From the NCBI GenBank assembly GCA_033551855.1, contig JAWSUI010000004.1, positions 57,243 to 121,242 on the forward strand: a stretch of 64,000 bases of DNA, written 5' to 3'. Shown here piece after piece: positions 46,321-55,927 of this stretch (the first letter of the stretch is position 1; every line of letters begins with the position of its first letter). The DNA is from Deferrisomatales bacterium (GTDB lineage Bacteria; Desulfobacterota; Deferrisomatia; Deferrisomatales; JACRMM01). The translations under genes were made by a program, and so were the position numbers. Under the pieces are notes generated by a model that saw only the letters and a list, made by a program, of their open reading frames with translations, had not been told where the DNA came from and did not search any database.

Positions 46321-46384
46321 CCCGCAAACGGCGAGAGGCCGCGAGCGCTCTGCCCACGGCCTCTTCCTTCGTCCCTTTTGCGGG
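46321..46384 (-). promoter_or_regulatory. Leader stem-loop with alternative pairing to the Ala-leader coding sequence
   Basis: Outer cccgcaaa/tttgcggg and inner agaggccg...cggcctct stems; its loop-side segment is complementary to codons just after the Ala run. Confidence 0.6.
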
Positions 46385-46390
46385 AGGTCT

Positions 46391-46510
46391 TTATCCCCCG
46401 CCCCCGACGAGGCACCGGGCAGCACACGAGCGCTCGGCAGCAGCGGCTGCCGCGCCCGTAGCTCGGGCCGAGCGATCCATCCGGGGGCAAGTGCCAAATA
46501 CACAACCCAT
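46391..46510 (-). CDS. Ala-rich leader peptide upstream of the alanine aminotransferase
   Basis: MGCVFGTCPRMDRSARATGAAAAAAERSCAARCLVGGGG*; RBS GGAGGAG; six consecutive Ala codons GCG GCA GCC GCT GCT GCC. Confidence 0.72.
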   Translation of the reverse strand: MGCVFGTCPRMDRSARATGAAAAAAERSCAARCLVGGGG

Positions 46511-46591
46511 GGGGTCTCCTCCGCGGCGCCTTTCCTACCACGGCGGACGCGCGGAAGTCAACGCGCGCCAGCCAAGCCATGATCCACCGCC

Positions 46592-46762
46592 TGACAGTTG
46601 TCCGGGGCCGGGGAGCCCCTCCGCTTCGCCCCGCAATCCGCGGCAATTCGAAGGGGTGTCCCAGCAGGGCCCGGTGCGCCGGGCTTCACCCGTTTGCGCC
46701 GGACTCGGTGCGTTGGTTGATGCGGTACGGGGCTGCTCTCCGGGGCTCCCGGTCCCCGTCCC
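46592..46762 (-). mobile_element. Repeat family B, full-length MITE-like copy
   Basis: Reverse complement is colinear with 31181-31350. Confidence 0.7.
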
Positions 46763-46818
46763 ACGATGCGGTGGTGCATCTTGGCCTCTGCGATGCGGTG
46801 GGTAAGGTAGCGGCGGCG

Positions 46819-46850
46819 AAAAAGGAAAGGGCGGACCTCCGTGTCCGCCC
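46819..46850 (-). terminator. Intrinsic terminator after the nitroreductase-ending operon
   Basis: Minus strand gggcggac-acggag-gtccgccc followed by tttccttttt. Confidence 0.75.
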
Positions 46851-47045
46851 CGCCCGGCGCGGGAATGGGGATCGTCCGTGTTCCCCTCTGGGGAACCTCC
46901 CGCGAACCTATCCGAGGGCGGCCGGGAGCTGCCCGGTGTCCGATCTCCCATCGGCCGGCCTTGGTGGGATCTTGAGCGGGGGCCCGGCCAGGGGCCCGGC
47001 CGAGGCCTCGGCGGGCACCTCGGCTCTTCCGGGAGACCGGCCGTG

Positions 47046-47621
47046 TTACGGGAGAACGATCTCCTCCAGGCTCCGCTTGGGCACGTGGTGCACGCCCTGG
47101 GGGTCGCGCCAGTAGCGGATGTCGCCGCCCGGGGGCAGGGCCTCCAGGACGACGGTCTCGGCCGGTCTGCCGAGGGCCAGGACCAGCCGGATCTTCAGGT
47201 GGATCGGGATGCCCAGGGCGTTCCGCAACCGCTCCCGCTGCACGTTGCCGATCATGCACCCGCCGAGGCCCCGCTCCACTGCGCCCAGGTAGATCGTCTG
47301 GGCGGCGATGCCGTCGTCGCACCACCAGTCCTTGGCGATCGACTCGTCCACCAGGAGCACGACGTAGGCGCTGGGGCGCTCCCCCGGGACCGGCCCGGGC
47401 CAGTCCGTCAGGTACCCCGCCCACCCCAGGCACGGAAAGATCGCGTCGTTGGTCTGCGGGTCCGTCGAGAGAAAATACTTGAGGGGCTGGCGGTTGGCGG
47501 CCGAGGCGGTGTGCCGCGCCAGGTCCACCAGTTCCAGCAAGACCTCGCGGGGGACCCGGTGGGACTCGTCGAAGCGGCGGTAACTGCGGTTGCGGAGCAC
47601 CAGGTCGCGCAGGCTCTTCAA
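47046..47621 (-). CDS. Nitroreductase family protein
   Basis: NRSYRRF, ASAANRQP, GLGGCMIG, ALG, HHVPKR; TTG start overlapping the previous stop. Confidence 0.9.
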   Translation of the reverse strand: MKSLRDLVLRNRSYRRFDESHRVPREVLLELVDLARHTASAANRQPLKYFLSTDPQTNDAIFPCLGWAGYLTDWPGPVPGERPSAYVVLLVDESIAKDWWCDDGIAAQTIYLGAVERGLGGCMIGNVQRERLRNALGIPIHLKIRLVLALGRPAETVVLEALPPGGDIRYWRDPQGVHHVPKRSLEEIVLP

Positions 47622-48073
47622 GGGGGGCTCGCTTTCTTCTCGAGTGGGGAGAAGGGAAGGTGGGGGAGCACCATCATGGTGCCGGTGCCGTGGCCCACGA
47701 GATCCTCGGCTCCGTCGTAGAGGTGCATCTCGACCACGTCCTGGCGCTTGCCCCGCTTGAGGATCCTCCCCTCGGCGCGGAGGTCGGTGCGGGCCGAGGG
47801 CTTGAGGAAGTGGATCGACATTTCCGAGGTGGCGATCCAGGAGGACTCGCCGTGGGCGACGGCGGCGGCGAACCAGCCGGCGGTGTCCAGGAGCGCGGCG
47901 TAGACGCCGCCGTGCACGCCGCCCATCGCGTGGTCGAGCCCCGGGTTGTACGGCAGGTCCACGACGGCACGGTCGTCGTCGGTGAAGGAGAGCCGCATGC
48001 CGAAGGTCCTGGCGATGGGGGCGATCTGGTTGAAGCTCCGGAGCAGCTCCGCCCGGCGCTGGGCCTTGCTCAT
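47618..48073 (-). CDS. PaaI family thioesterase
   Basis: GGVHGGVYAALLD hotdog-fold motif. Confidence 0.9.
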   Translation of the reverse strand: MSKAQRRAELLRSFNQIAPIARTFGMRLSFTDDDRAVVDLPYNPGLDHAMGGVHGGVYAALLDTAGWFAAAVAHGESSWIATSEMSIHFLKPSARTDLRAEGRILKRGKRQDVVEMHLYDGAEDLVGHGTGTMMVLPHLPFSPLEKKASPP

Positions 48074-48879
48074 GGGTGTCCTCCTTCCCCCCCTCGGCCG
48101 GCGTCGAGCTCGGCCCAGACCGGCGCGTGGTCCGAGGGCTTCTTCCACTTCCGGGGGCTCTCGTCCACGTCGCTCCCGCGGCAGTGCTCGGCCAGGCCCG
48201 GGGTCGCCCAGAGGTGGTCGATCCGCAGTCCCTGGTTCCTCCAGTACGCCCCGCCCCGGTAGTCCCACCAGGAGTACCGGCCGCCCTCGCCGTGATGCCG
48301 GCGGAAGCAATCGACGAAACCGAAGGCCCGCAGCTCCTCGAGGGCGGCCCGCTCGGGGGCGGAGAAGAGAACGCGGCCTTCCCAGGCCTCCGGGTCGTAC
48401 ACGTCCCGGGGCTCGGGGGCGACGTTGAAGTCGCCGCAGAGCACGAGGGGATCGGCGGGGCTGCAGGTCCGGTCGAGATACTCCCGCAGGGCCCGGAAGA
48501 ACTCCAGCTTGTAGGCGTACTTCTCGCTCCCGACGGCCTCACCGTTGGGCAGGTAGGCGGAGACGACCCGGATGCCCGCGACGGTCACGGCCAGGAGGCG
48601 GCGCTGGGCGTTCAGGGGGTGGTCGGGGGGAAGGTGGGCGAGGCCGATCACGGGGTCGACGGGTTCGTCCCGGGCCAGCACCGCCACCCCGTTGTACGTC
48701 TTCTGACCCGCCACTACCGCGAAGTATCCCGCCTCGCGGAGCGCGTCGGCCGGGAAGTCGGCGTCCTGCACCTTGAGCTCCTGCAGGCAGAGCACGTCGG
48801 GGCGCGCACGCTCCAGCCAACGCAGCAGGTGGTCCAGCCGGGCCCGAACGGAGTTGATGTTCCACGTGGCGATCTTCAC
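48070..48879 (-). CDS. xth: Exodeoxyribonuclease III
   Basis: ATWNINS, LQELK, YLPNG, GDFN, YSWWDYR, LRIDH, SDHAP. Confidence 0.95.
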   Translation of the reverse strand: MKIATWNINSVRARLDHLLRWLERARPDVLCLQELKVQDADFPADALREAGYFAVVAGQKTYNGVAVLARDEPVDPVIGLAHLPPDHPLNAQRRLLAVTVAGIRVVSAYLPNGEAVGSEKYAYKLEFFRALREYLDRTCSPADPLVLCGDFNVAPEPRDVYDPEAWEGRVLFSAPERAALEELRAFGFVDCFRRHHGEGGRYSWWDYRGGAYWRNQGLRIDHLWATPGLAEHCRGSDVDESPRKWKKPSDHAPVWAELDAGRGGEGGHP

Positions 48880-48882
48880 GGG

Positions 48883-50388
48883 TCAGAGAACCTCCACTCC
48901 CCGCGCTTCGGCCAGCCGGCCCTGGACCCTGAGGAACTCCGTCTCGGCCTTGCGGGCGTCGCTGCGGGCGCGGTGCCAGTTGAGCTCGGCCTCGCGCTGC
49001 CGGCTCTCGGCTTGCAGCACGTCCCCGGCGGTGGCCCGGCCCGCGTCGAAGCGGGCTTGTTCGGCCCGGGTCTCGTCGGCCCGAGCCGAGGCGGTCACCT
49101 CGGCCAGTTCCACCTTGCGCCGTAGTCGGTCGAGCTCCACTGCGGCCCGCCGGACTTCGGACTGGATCACCAGACCCAGGTTCTCCACCGCGGCCTCGGC
49201 CCGCTGGACTTGGAAGTCGGCACGCCGGGCCCGGGCGCCCTCGGCCCTCCGCCCCAGGGTCTGCTGCACGCTGAGGCCCACCCTCCAGTCCTCATAATCC
49301 TTCTCGAACATCTGGCGCCAAGTGCTCCCCAGGCGGGTCTCCCGTCCGTGGCGCGCGTAGGAGGCGAAGAGGTCCAGGCGGGGCAGGAGCCCGTCGCGGG
49401 TCTCGATGACCTCGAGCTCGCCGTTGGCGAGCTCGAGGCGTGCCTGCAGGAGGTCCGGTCTGCGGGTCAGGGCCTGGGCGGCCCAGGGGGCCGGGTCCCC
49501 CGGTGCGGCGGCGGCCGAAGGCTCGTCCACCGGTTCCAGTGCGGCGGTCCAGGGCAGGTCGGCGCCGGGCCCGAGGCGGCGGACAAGGTCCAAGCGCGCG
49601 GTGTCCAGGGCGGCGCGGGCGTCCTCGAGAGCCTCCTCCCGGGCGGCCACCTCGGCCCGAACCGCGGCGAGCTCCACGGCGGGCCTTCTGCCGGCGGCGA
49701 CCAGCGTCTCGGCGTCGGCCAGGAGCCGGCGGCTCGCGTCCAGGGACTGCCGGCGCACGTCGAGGGCGCGACGGGCGAAAGAGAGGTCCCAGTACGCCCC
49801 CTCGATCCCGGCGAGAAAGGCTTCCATCGCACCCACGAACGCGTACCGGCCCACGGCGGCGAGGTTCTCGGCCCGGCGGAGGCGGGCCAGGTTCACCGAC
49901 GGCCGAAGCCCCTGGAAAAGGGGCTGGGTGAGCCCGAGGGCGAGCCGCGACCCATACTCCTCGGGGGAGAAGTTCGTGCGGGTGCGGCTCGTATCGGCCC
50001 CCAGGGTGAGCTCGGTGCCGGTGGGCAGCGGTTGGGTGAGCTCCGCGCTCGCCTGGTCGTCCCGGGACCGCCGCACCCCCTCCCCCGCCACCTCCAGGGC
50101 CCCCTGGCGCGCAGTGGTAGGCAGGGTCGACTCCCCGCGGCTGAGGGAGGCCGATACGGTGGGGTCGAAGGCGGCCCGGGCCTCGTCGGGCAGGGTGGAC
50201 TGCACCGCCGCCCCCAGGCGCTCCACCCGGAGCTCCGGGCTCCGCTCCAGGGCCAGGAGAACGGCCCCTGGGAGGGTGAGGGGCACGGGCTCGGCCGCCG
50301 GGGCCGGCCCCGCCACGGCGAGGAGCACACCCACCGCAACCAGGGATGCCGCCCCCGAGGCTCTCGGCCCCCACCCGGCCCTACTCAT
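48883..50388 (-). CDS. TolC family outer-membrane efflux protein
   Basis: Signal peptide; LTQPL repeats; RPDL; LLPRLDL. Confidence 0.88.
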   Translation of the reverse strand: MSRAGWGPRASGAASLVAVGVLLAVAGPAPAAEPVPLTLPGAVLLALERSPELRVERLGAAVQSTLPDEARAAFDPTVSASLSRGESTLPTTARQGALEVAGEGVRRSRDDQASAELTQPLPTGTELTLGADTSRTRTNFSPEEYGSRLALGLTQPLFQGLRPSVNLARLRRAENLAAVGRYAFVGAMEAFLAGIEGAYWDLSFARRALDVRRQSLDASRRLLADAETLVAAGRRPAVELAAVRAEVAAREEALEDARAALDTARLDLVRRLGPGADLPWTAALEPVDEPSAAAAPGDPAPWAAQALTRRPDLLQARLELANGELEVIETRDGLLPRLDLFASYARHGRETRLGSTWRQMFEKDYEDWRVGLSVQQTLGRRAEGARARRADFQVQRAEAAVENLGLVIQSEVRRAAVELDRLRRKVELAEVTASARADETRAEQARFDAGRATAGDVLQAESRQREAELNWHRARSDARKAETEFLRVQGRLAEARGVEVL

Positions 50389-51598
50389 ACCGGAGTGCCT
50401 CCACCGGGTGGAGCCGGGCGGCTTTCCTGGCCGGGTAGTAGCCGAAGAAGACGCCCACCCCGAGGGCGAAGCCGACGGCAAGGGCGGGGGCGCCCGGGGT
50501 GATCACGGTGTGGAACGCCCCCGAGCGGTCCACCAGCACGGTGATGGCCACCCCGAGGCCGAGGCCCAGGAGCCCCCCGAAGGCGCTGAGAACCAGACTC
50601 TCCAGGAGGAATTGGCGCAGGATGTCGCGCCGGCGCGCGCCCACCGCCTTTCGCACCCCGATCTCCCGGGTTCGCTCGGTGACGGCCACGAGCATGATGT
50701 TCATGATCCCGATCCCGCCCACCAGCAGGCTGACCCCGGCCACGCTGGCCAGGAGGGTGGTGAACGTGCGGCTCACCCCTTCGAGGGTCTGGAGGTACTC
50801 GGTGGAGCTCTGCATGTAGAAATCGTCGGGCGAAGCCTCGCGCAGGCCGTGCCGGGCGCGCAGCACCCGGCGGATCCCCTCCTGGGCCTCGCCCAGTGCG
50901 TCCTCATGGGCCACCTGCACGTAGATCGCCCGCAGGTGTTCCACGCCGAAGAGCCGCTTCATGGCCGTCGTGTAGGGGATCAGGATCTGGTCGTCCGGGT
51001 TGAACCACCCCTGGTCTCCCCGCTCCCGGAATACCCCGAGCACCGTATAGCTGTGGCCCCGGACCTTCACTGCCGCGCCCACCGGGTTCGCGCCCCGGTC
51101 GCCCCAGAGGTCCTCCACCACCTTGGAGCCCAGGACGGCGACGCGGGCCATGCGCCGCTCGTCGGACGAGTCGAAGATGCTTCCCTTGGCCAGGGGGAAG
51201 TTCCGGACGTCGAAGTAGACGTCGGAAACCCCTCGGACCGTGGTGCGGGTGTTGCGGTTCTCGAATTTCGCCTGGACGGTGCCGGTCACCTCCGGGGTGA
51301 CGGCGACCACGCCCGGGACCCCTTCCAGGATAGCCTGGGCGTCGCCCACCGTGAGGCGCTGGAGGGCGTCGGTGCGCACTCCACCCAGCCCCCGGGTACC
51401 CGGCCTCACCGTCAGGACGTTGGTGCCCCACTGGCGCACGGACTCGGTGACCTCGACGCGGGCCCCCTCCCCGATGGCCAGCATGGCCAAGACCGCCGCC
51501 ACGCCGATCACCACCCCGAGCATGGTCAGGCCGGAGCGCAGCTTCGACCCGGCCAGGCTCTTGAGGGCGAGCTTCGCCACCGTCCACCACAGCATCAC
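50381..51598 (-). CDS. MacB-like ABC permease
   Basis: RSGLTMLGVVIG, GGIGIMNIMLVAVTERTREIGVRKAVGA, PARKAA. Confidence 0.93.
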   Translation of the reverse strand: MMLWWTVAKLALKSLAGSKLRSGLTMLGVVIGVAAVLAMLAIGEGARVEVTESVRQWGTNVLTVRPGTRGLGGVRTDALQRLTVGDAQAILEGVPGVVAVTPEVTGTVQAKFENRNTRTTVRGVSDVYFDVRNFPLAKGSIFDSSDERRMARVAVLGSKVVEDLWGDRGANPVGAAVKVRGHSYTVLGVFRERGDQGWFNPDDQILIPYTTAMKRLFGVEHLRAIYVQVAHEDALGEAQEGIRRVLRARHGLREASPDDFYMQSSTEYLQTLEGVSRTFTTLLASVAGVSLLVGGIGIMNIMLVAVTERTREIGVRKAVGARRRDILRQFLLESLVLSAFGGLLGLGLGVAITVLVDRSGAFHTVITPGAPALAVGFALGVGVFFGYYPARKAARLHPVEALRYE

Positions 51599-52272
51599 GA
51601 ATCCTGGAGGCGCCCGTCCCGGAGCACCAGCCGGCGCCGGCAGTGCCGGGCGACGATGTGGTCATGGGTCACGATGATCAGGGTGCGCCCCTGGGCGTTG
51701 AGCTCCTCGAAGAGCTCGAGGATCTCCTCCCCCGTGCGGGTGTCGAGGTTGCCCGTGGGCTCGTCCGCGAGGAGGATGCGGGGTTCGGTCACCAGCGCCC
51801 GGGCAATGGCCACGCGCTGCCGCTGGCCTCCGGAGAGCTGCTGGGGAAGGTGTTGCAGCCGGTCCGAGAGGCCCACCCGGTCCATGGCCCGGAGCGCCTG
51901 CTGCCGAAGGTCGCGGCTGCGCAGCCCCCCGGCGTACAGCAGCGGCAGCTCCACGTTCTCCAGGGCCGTCGCCCGGGGCAGGAGGTTGAAGGTCTGGAAG
52001 ACGAAACCGATCTTGCGGTTCCGCACCGCCGCCAGGTCGTCCTCTCCCAGGCCCGCCACGTCCCGGCCGTCGAGGTGGTAGGAGCCGCCGTCCGGGGCCT
52101 CGAGGCAGCCGAGAATCTGAAGGAGCGTCGATTTGCCGCTGCCGGAGGGGCCGGTCACCGCCACCTTCTCCCCCTCCTCGATCTCGAAGGACACGCCGTC
52201 CAGGGCCTGCACCGCCTGGTCTCCCAGGTGGAACACCTTTCGAATCCCCGCGCACTCGATCAGGGCGGCCAT
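51595..52272 (-). CDS. ABC transporter ATP-binding protein (MacB/LolD-like)
   Basis: GPSGSGKST, LSGGQRQR, LADEPTGNLD, VTHD. Confidence 0.95.
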   Translation of the reverse strand: MAALIECAGIRKVFHLGDQAVQALDGVSFEIEEGEKVAVTGPSGSGKSTLLQILGCLEAPDGGSYHLDGRDVAGLGEDDLAAVRNRKIGFVFQTFNLLPRATALENVELPLLYAGGLRSRDLRQQALRAMDRVGLSDRLQHLPQQLSGGQRQRVAIARALVTEPRILLADEPTGNLDTRTGEEILELFEELNAQGRTLIIVTHDHIVARHCRRRLVLRDGRLQDS

Positions 52273-52276
52273 CGGG

Positions 52277-53602
52277 CTATCTTCCCCCGAGCCGCCGGAG
52301 GAAACCCGCCCTGGCTCGGGTCTCGGCGGCACGACTCGGGGCCGCGTCCCGGCGCCAGGCGCTGGGGGCCACGGGGCCCAGCAAGACCACCTGCTCCCCG
52401 CCCGAGAGCCCCTGGCGGATCTCCACGCGGTGGGAGTCCCGCAGGCCGATCTCGACGGTTCGCTCCTCGGCCTCGGCCCCCTCCCGGACCACCCGAACCC
52501 GGGATGCGGTGAGGTCCACCGCTTCGCGGGGCACCCAGTGGGTTCCTGCCGACCGGGCGACCTCCACCTCCACGTCCGCGGTCATCCCCGGCCGCAGCAG
52601 GACGGTCTTCTCCCCCTCCACCGAGACCTTCACGTCGAAGAGCACCACCTGTTGTTCTTCCCGGCCCACGGGCGCGATCTGGACCACGCGGCCCTCCAGC
52701 ACGTGGTCCCGGAACGCCTCGGGCCGGATCCAGGCCGTCTGCCCCAGCCGCACCTGGCCGATGTCCACCTCGTCCACCGCCAGGAGTACGTACAGCCGGG
52801 AGAGGTTGGCGATCTTCAGGAGGGTCGTCCCGCCCCCGACGTTCACGAGGGCCGAGGAGACCACCTGACCGGCCTCGACGAGGGTCTCGGTGATGACCCC
52901 GGAGAGGGGCGCGAGAATCCGGGTTTCGGCCAGCCGGCGCTCGGCCTCCTGGAGGCCCAGTCGCGCGGCCTCCAGGTCGGCTTCCGCGCGCCGCACTTCC
53001 TGGCGGGACCGCTCCACGTCTTCGTCCCGGGCCCTGGCCCTGGCCCGGGCGGCCTCGGTCCGTTCCACAGAGGCACGGGCCTCTTCCGCGCGGGTCCGGC
53101 TCGCCTCGACATCCTCCTGGCTGACGACGCCGGCGAGAAGGAGCCCCTCGTCCCGGGCCAGCCGGGCCAGCGCCTCCTGGAGGCGGGCCCGCACTTCGCC
53201 CGCGGCGGCCTCGGCGTCCCGCAGGGCGAGGGCCCGCTCGGCCTCGGCCACCCGAAGGGCCGCCCGGGCGGCAGCCAGGCGCGCTTCCGCGGCTTCCACC
53301 TCGATGAGCTGGCGTTCCCGGTTGCGCTGCTCGTCCACCGGGTCGAGGGCGCACAAGAACTCCCCGGCGCTCACGACGTCCCCGGCCTGGAAGGGGAACT
53401 CCACGATCTCGCCCGAGGCCTTGCTCTTGACCTCCACCTCGGTCTCGGGCTCGACCTTGCCCGTGGCCGAGACGGTGATCACGAAGTCGCCCGCTTCCAC
53501 CGCGGCCGTCTGGGGCGCCTGGGGCTGAGGTCGAGCCCCGAGGTCGGAGCAGGCGACGAACAGCAGGAAGGCGAGGACGCAAAAGGGCAGGAGTCGCTTC
53601 AT
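52277..53602 (-). CDS. Efflux periplasmic adaptor subunit (MacA-like)
   Basis: Lipobox FVAC; SATGKVEP, APLSG, DEVDIG, LRPGMTA. Confidence 0.9.
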   Translation of the reverse strand: MKRLLPFCVLAFLLFVACSDLGARPQPQAPQTAAVEAGDFVITVSATGKVEPETEVEVKSKASGEIVEFPFQAGDVVSAGEFLCALDPVDEQRNRERQLIEVEAAEARLAAARAALRVAEAERALALRDAEAAAGEVRARLQEALARLARDEGLLLAGVVSQEDVEASRTRAEEARASVERTEAARARARARDEDVERSRQEVRRAEADLEAARLGLQEAERRLAETRILAPLSGVITETLVEAGQVVSSALVNVGGGTTLLKIANLSRLYVLLAVDEVDIGQVRLGQTAWIRPEAFRDHVLEGRVVQIAPVGREEQQVVLFDVKVSVEGEKTVLLRPGMTADVEVEVARSAGTHWVPREAVDLTASRVRVVREGAEAEERTVEIGLRDSHRVEIRQGLSGGEQVVLLGPVAPSAWRRDAAPSRAAETRARAGFLRRLGGR

Positions 53603-53858
53603 CGCTTCGGGGAAGGAAGGGGGGGGGGCGCGCTCTCGATACCGTAACAGACCTGTCCCCGAGACGCCAGCGGGGTGCCGCCGGCATGCCGCGACCCTGC
53701 TCGGCGAGCGGGGTCCGGGCTCGCCGCGGAGCGCAACGGCGGCGGCGGCGGATGGGGGGCTGCCTTCGAGGTCCCACCTCTGCCGCAGGCGGTTCGAGGT
53801 GCCGCGGGCCGAAATTTGGCGTTTCGGATTCGCCCGGTCCCGCTATACTGCGTGGATC

Positions 53859-54641
53859 ATGCTCAGGCGCACGAGGTGGCGGGTCGTAGAGGAACCTTCC
53901 AGCCCCGGGGAAGCGATCTCCCGGTGGGTCGAGGCGCGGGCGCGGGGTGCGGCGGGGGCGGTCACCTCCTGGGGTTCCGGGATCTCCGGCCGGGAAACGC
54001 TTCGGCTCTTCTGGGAGCGGGACGGGGAGGAGGTGCCCCCCGGCGAGGATCTGGAGGAGGAGAACTGGACGCCCTTCTGGAGGGAGAGCCTCCGGACGAC
54101 GGCCGTCACCGAGCGGATCTCCCTGGTGCCCGCCTGGGAGGACGTTCCGACCGGGATCGCCTGCCCCCTTCGCATCGACCCGGGCATGGCATTCGGGGCG
54201 GGCGACCACCCCACCACTCGCCTGTGCCTGCGGGTCCTCGAGGATGTCGCTTCCGGGGAGGGCCTCCCCGCCCGGGTCCTCGACGTGGGGTCCGGCACGG
54301 GGGTGCTGGCGCTCGCGGCGGCGTGCCTGGGTGCGGCCGAGGTCGATGCCCTGGACATCGACCCCTTCGGCTATGCGGCCTGCCGCCGCAACGCCGCACT
54401 GAACGGGCTGGAGGAAAGGGTGAGGCCCCTGCTCCTCTCCCTGGACCTGCTGGACGGCGCCTACCCCCTGGTGCTCGCGAACGTCGTGGTCGGCCAGATC
54501 GAGGTGCTGGCCCCGTTCCTGCGCCTGCGCCTCGCGGCGGGGGGAACGGTCATCCTCTCCGGCTTCGAGTCCGAAGCCGCGTCGCGGGCGGCCCAGGTGC
54601 TCGGGCTGACGGTGCGGAGGACCCTGGAGGAGGGGGGCTAG
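53859..54641 (+). CDS. prmA: Ribosomal protein L11 methyltransferase (ends at a suspicious TAG; natural end probably 54671)
   Basis: IDPGMAFGAGDHPTT, VLDVGSGTGVL, DID, LANV, ILSG. Confidence 0.85.
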   Translation: MLRRTRWRVVEEPSSPGEAISRWVEARARGAAGAVTSWGSGISGRETLRLFWERDGEEVPPGEDLEEENWTPFWRESLRTTAVTERISLVPAWEDVPTGIACPLRIDPGMAFGAGDHPTTRLCLRVLEDVASGEGLPARVLDVGSGTGVLALAAACLGAAEVDALDIDPFGYAACRRNAALNGLEERVRPLLLSLDLLDGAYPLVLANVVVGQIEVLAPFLRLRLAAGGTVILSGFESEAASRAAQVLGLTVRRTLEEGG

Positions 54642-54667
54642 GCGGCCGTGGTGCTCCGGTCTCCGGA

Positions 54668-55927
54668 GTGACGACCCCGGGGGGGGCTGTTGCGGACGGC
54701 GCCCCGGCCGGACGCCCCGGGCCGGGCTGGGGGGTCCTGGTCGCCCGGCTGGCCGTCGCGGTCCTCGGCCGACTGCTGCTCAACACGGCCCGCCGCTTTC
54801 CCTATCCCTTCGCTCCGGTCCTGCAGCGGGGCCTGGGGGTGTCCCTCCCGGCGGTCACCTCCCTGATCGCGGTCAGCCAGGCCACGTCGTTCCTGAGCCC
54901 CCTCTTCGGCCCCCTCGGGGACCGCTGGGGCCAACGGTCCCTGATGCTGGGGGGGCTCTGGCTCCTCGCGGCGGGGATGCTCGGGGCGGGGGCGATTGCC
55001 ACCTATGGGGCGGTGCTGGCGGGGATCTTCCTGGCGGGGCTCGGCAAGAGCATCTTCGACCCGGCGGTGCAGGCCTACGTGGGTGAGCAGGTCCCCTACC
55101 GGCGCAGGGGGTTCGCCATCGGCCTGGTGGAGCTCGCCTGGTCGGGAGCCGCCCTCCTGGGGATACCCATTGTCGGGCTCCTGATCGCGGCCTGGGGGTG
55201 GAGGGCCCCCTTCCTGGTCCTGGGGGCGCTCGCCCTCGTCGCCGCCCTTGCCCTGGCGCGGGTCCTTCCCCGGTGGGGGCACCGCCCCGGTCGGTCGTCC
55301 CCGCGGGGGGTGTGGGCGGGGTGGGGAGCCCTCCTCCGGGAGCCTGCGGCATGTTCCGCCCTCGGATTCGGGTTCTTCCTCAGCGCGGCCAACGACAACC
55401 TGTTCGTGGTGTATGGGGTTTGGCTCGAGGGGTCCTTCGGCCTCGGGGTCGCGGCCCTGGGGGCGGCCACGGTCGCCATCGGGGCCGCAGAGGTGGGGGG
55501 AGAGCTCCTGACGGCCCTGGCGTCGGACCGGATGGGGCTGCGCCGAGCCGTGCTCGGCGGCACGGCCGTCGCGGCTGTGGGCTATGCCCTGCTGCCCCTG
55601 AGCGGGGCCTCGTTGCCGGCCTCCCTGGGTGGCCTCTTCCTCGTCTTCCTGGTGTACGAGTTCGCCATCGTCACCTCCTTCTCCCTGATGACCGAGGTGC
55701 TCCCTCGCGCCCGCGCCACCATGCTCTCCGCCTACGTGGCGGCCCTGGGGGCCGGCCGCCTGGTGGGGGCGCTGGCCGGAGGCCCGGTCTGGCTCGCGGG
55801 CGGCCTTCCCTTGACCGGGCTCGTCTCGGCCGGCCTCACCGCCGCAGCATGGGTGTGCCTCGCCCGGGGGATGCGGGGCTGGGCGCCCGCCGGCGCCGCG
55901 GGGGACCCCCTGCCCCCCATGGAGTGA
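54668..55927 (+). CDS. MFS transporter
   Basis: GPLGDRWGQR and SDRMGLRR motif-A repeats; multi-TM. Confidence 0.88.
   Translation: MTTPGGAVADGAPAGRPGPGWGVLVARLAVAVLGRLLLNTARRFPYPFAPVLQRGLGVSLPAVTSLIAVSQATSFLSPLFGPLGDRWGQRSLMLGGLWLLAAGMLGAGAIATYGAVLAGIFLAGLGKSIFDPAVQAYVGEQVPYRRRGFAIGLVELAWSGAALLGIPIVGLLIAAWGWRAPFLVLGALALVAALALARVLPRWGHRPGRSSPRGVWAGWGALLREPAACSALGFGFFLSAANDNLFVVYGVWLEGSFGLGVAALGAATVAIGAAEVGGELLTALASDRMGLRRAVLGGTAVAAVGYALLPLSGASLPASLGGLFLVFLVYEFAIVTSFSLMTEVLPRARATMLSAYVAALGAGRLVGALAGGPVWLAGGLPLTGLVSAGLTAAAWVCLARGMRGWAPAGAAGDPLPPME

Noticed and set aside
49406..52081. Long antisense ORFs (e.g. 891 aa) as overlapping genes
   Set aside because: Ser/Arg/Ala-rich shadow frames expected from high GC3; no recognisable domains
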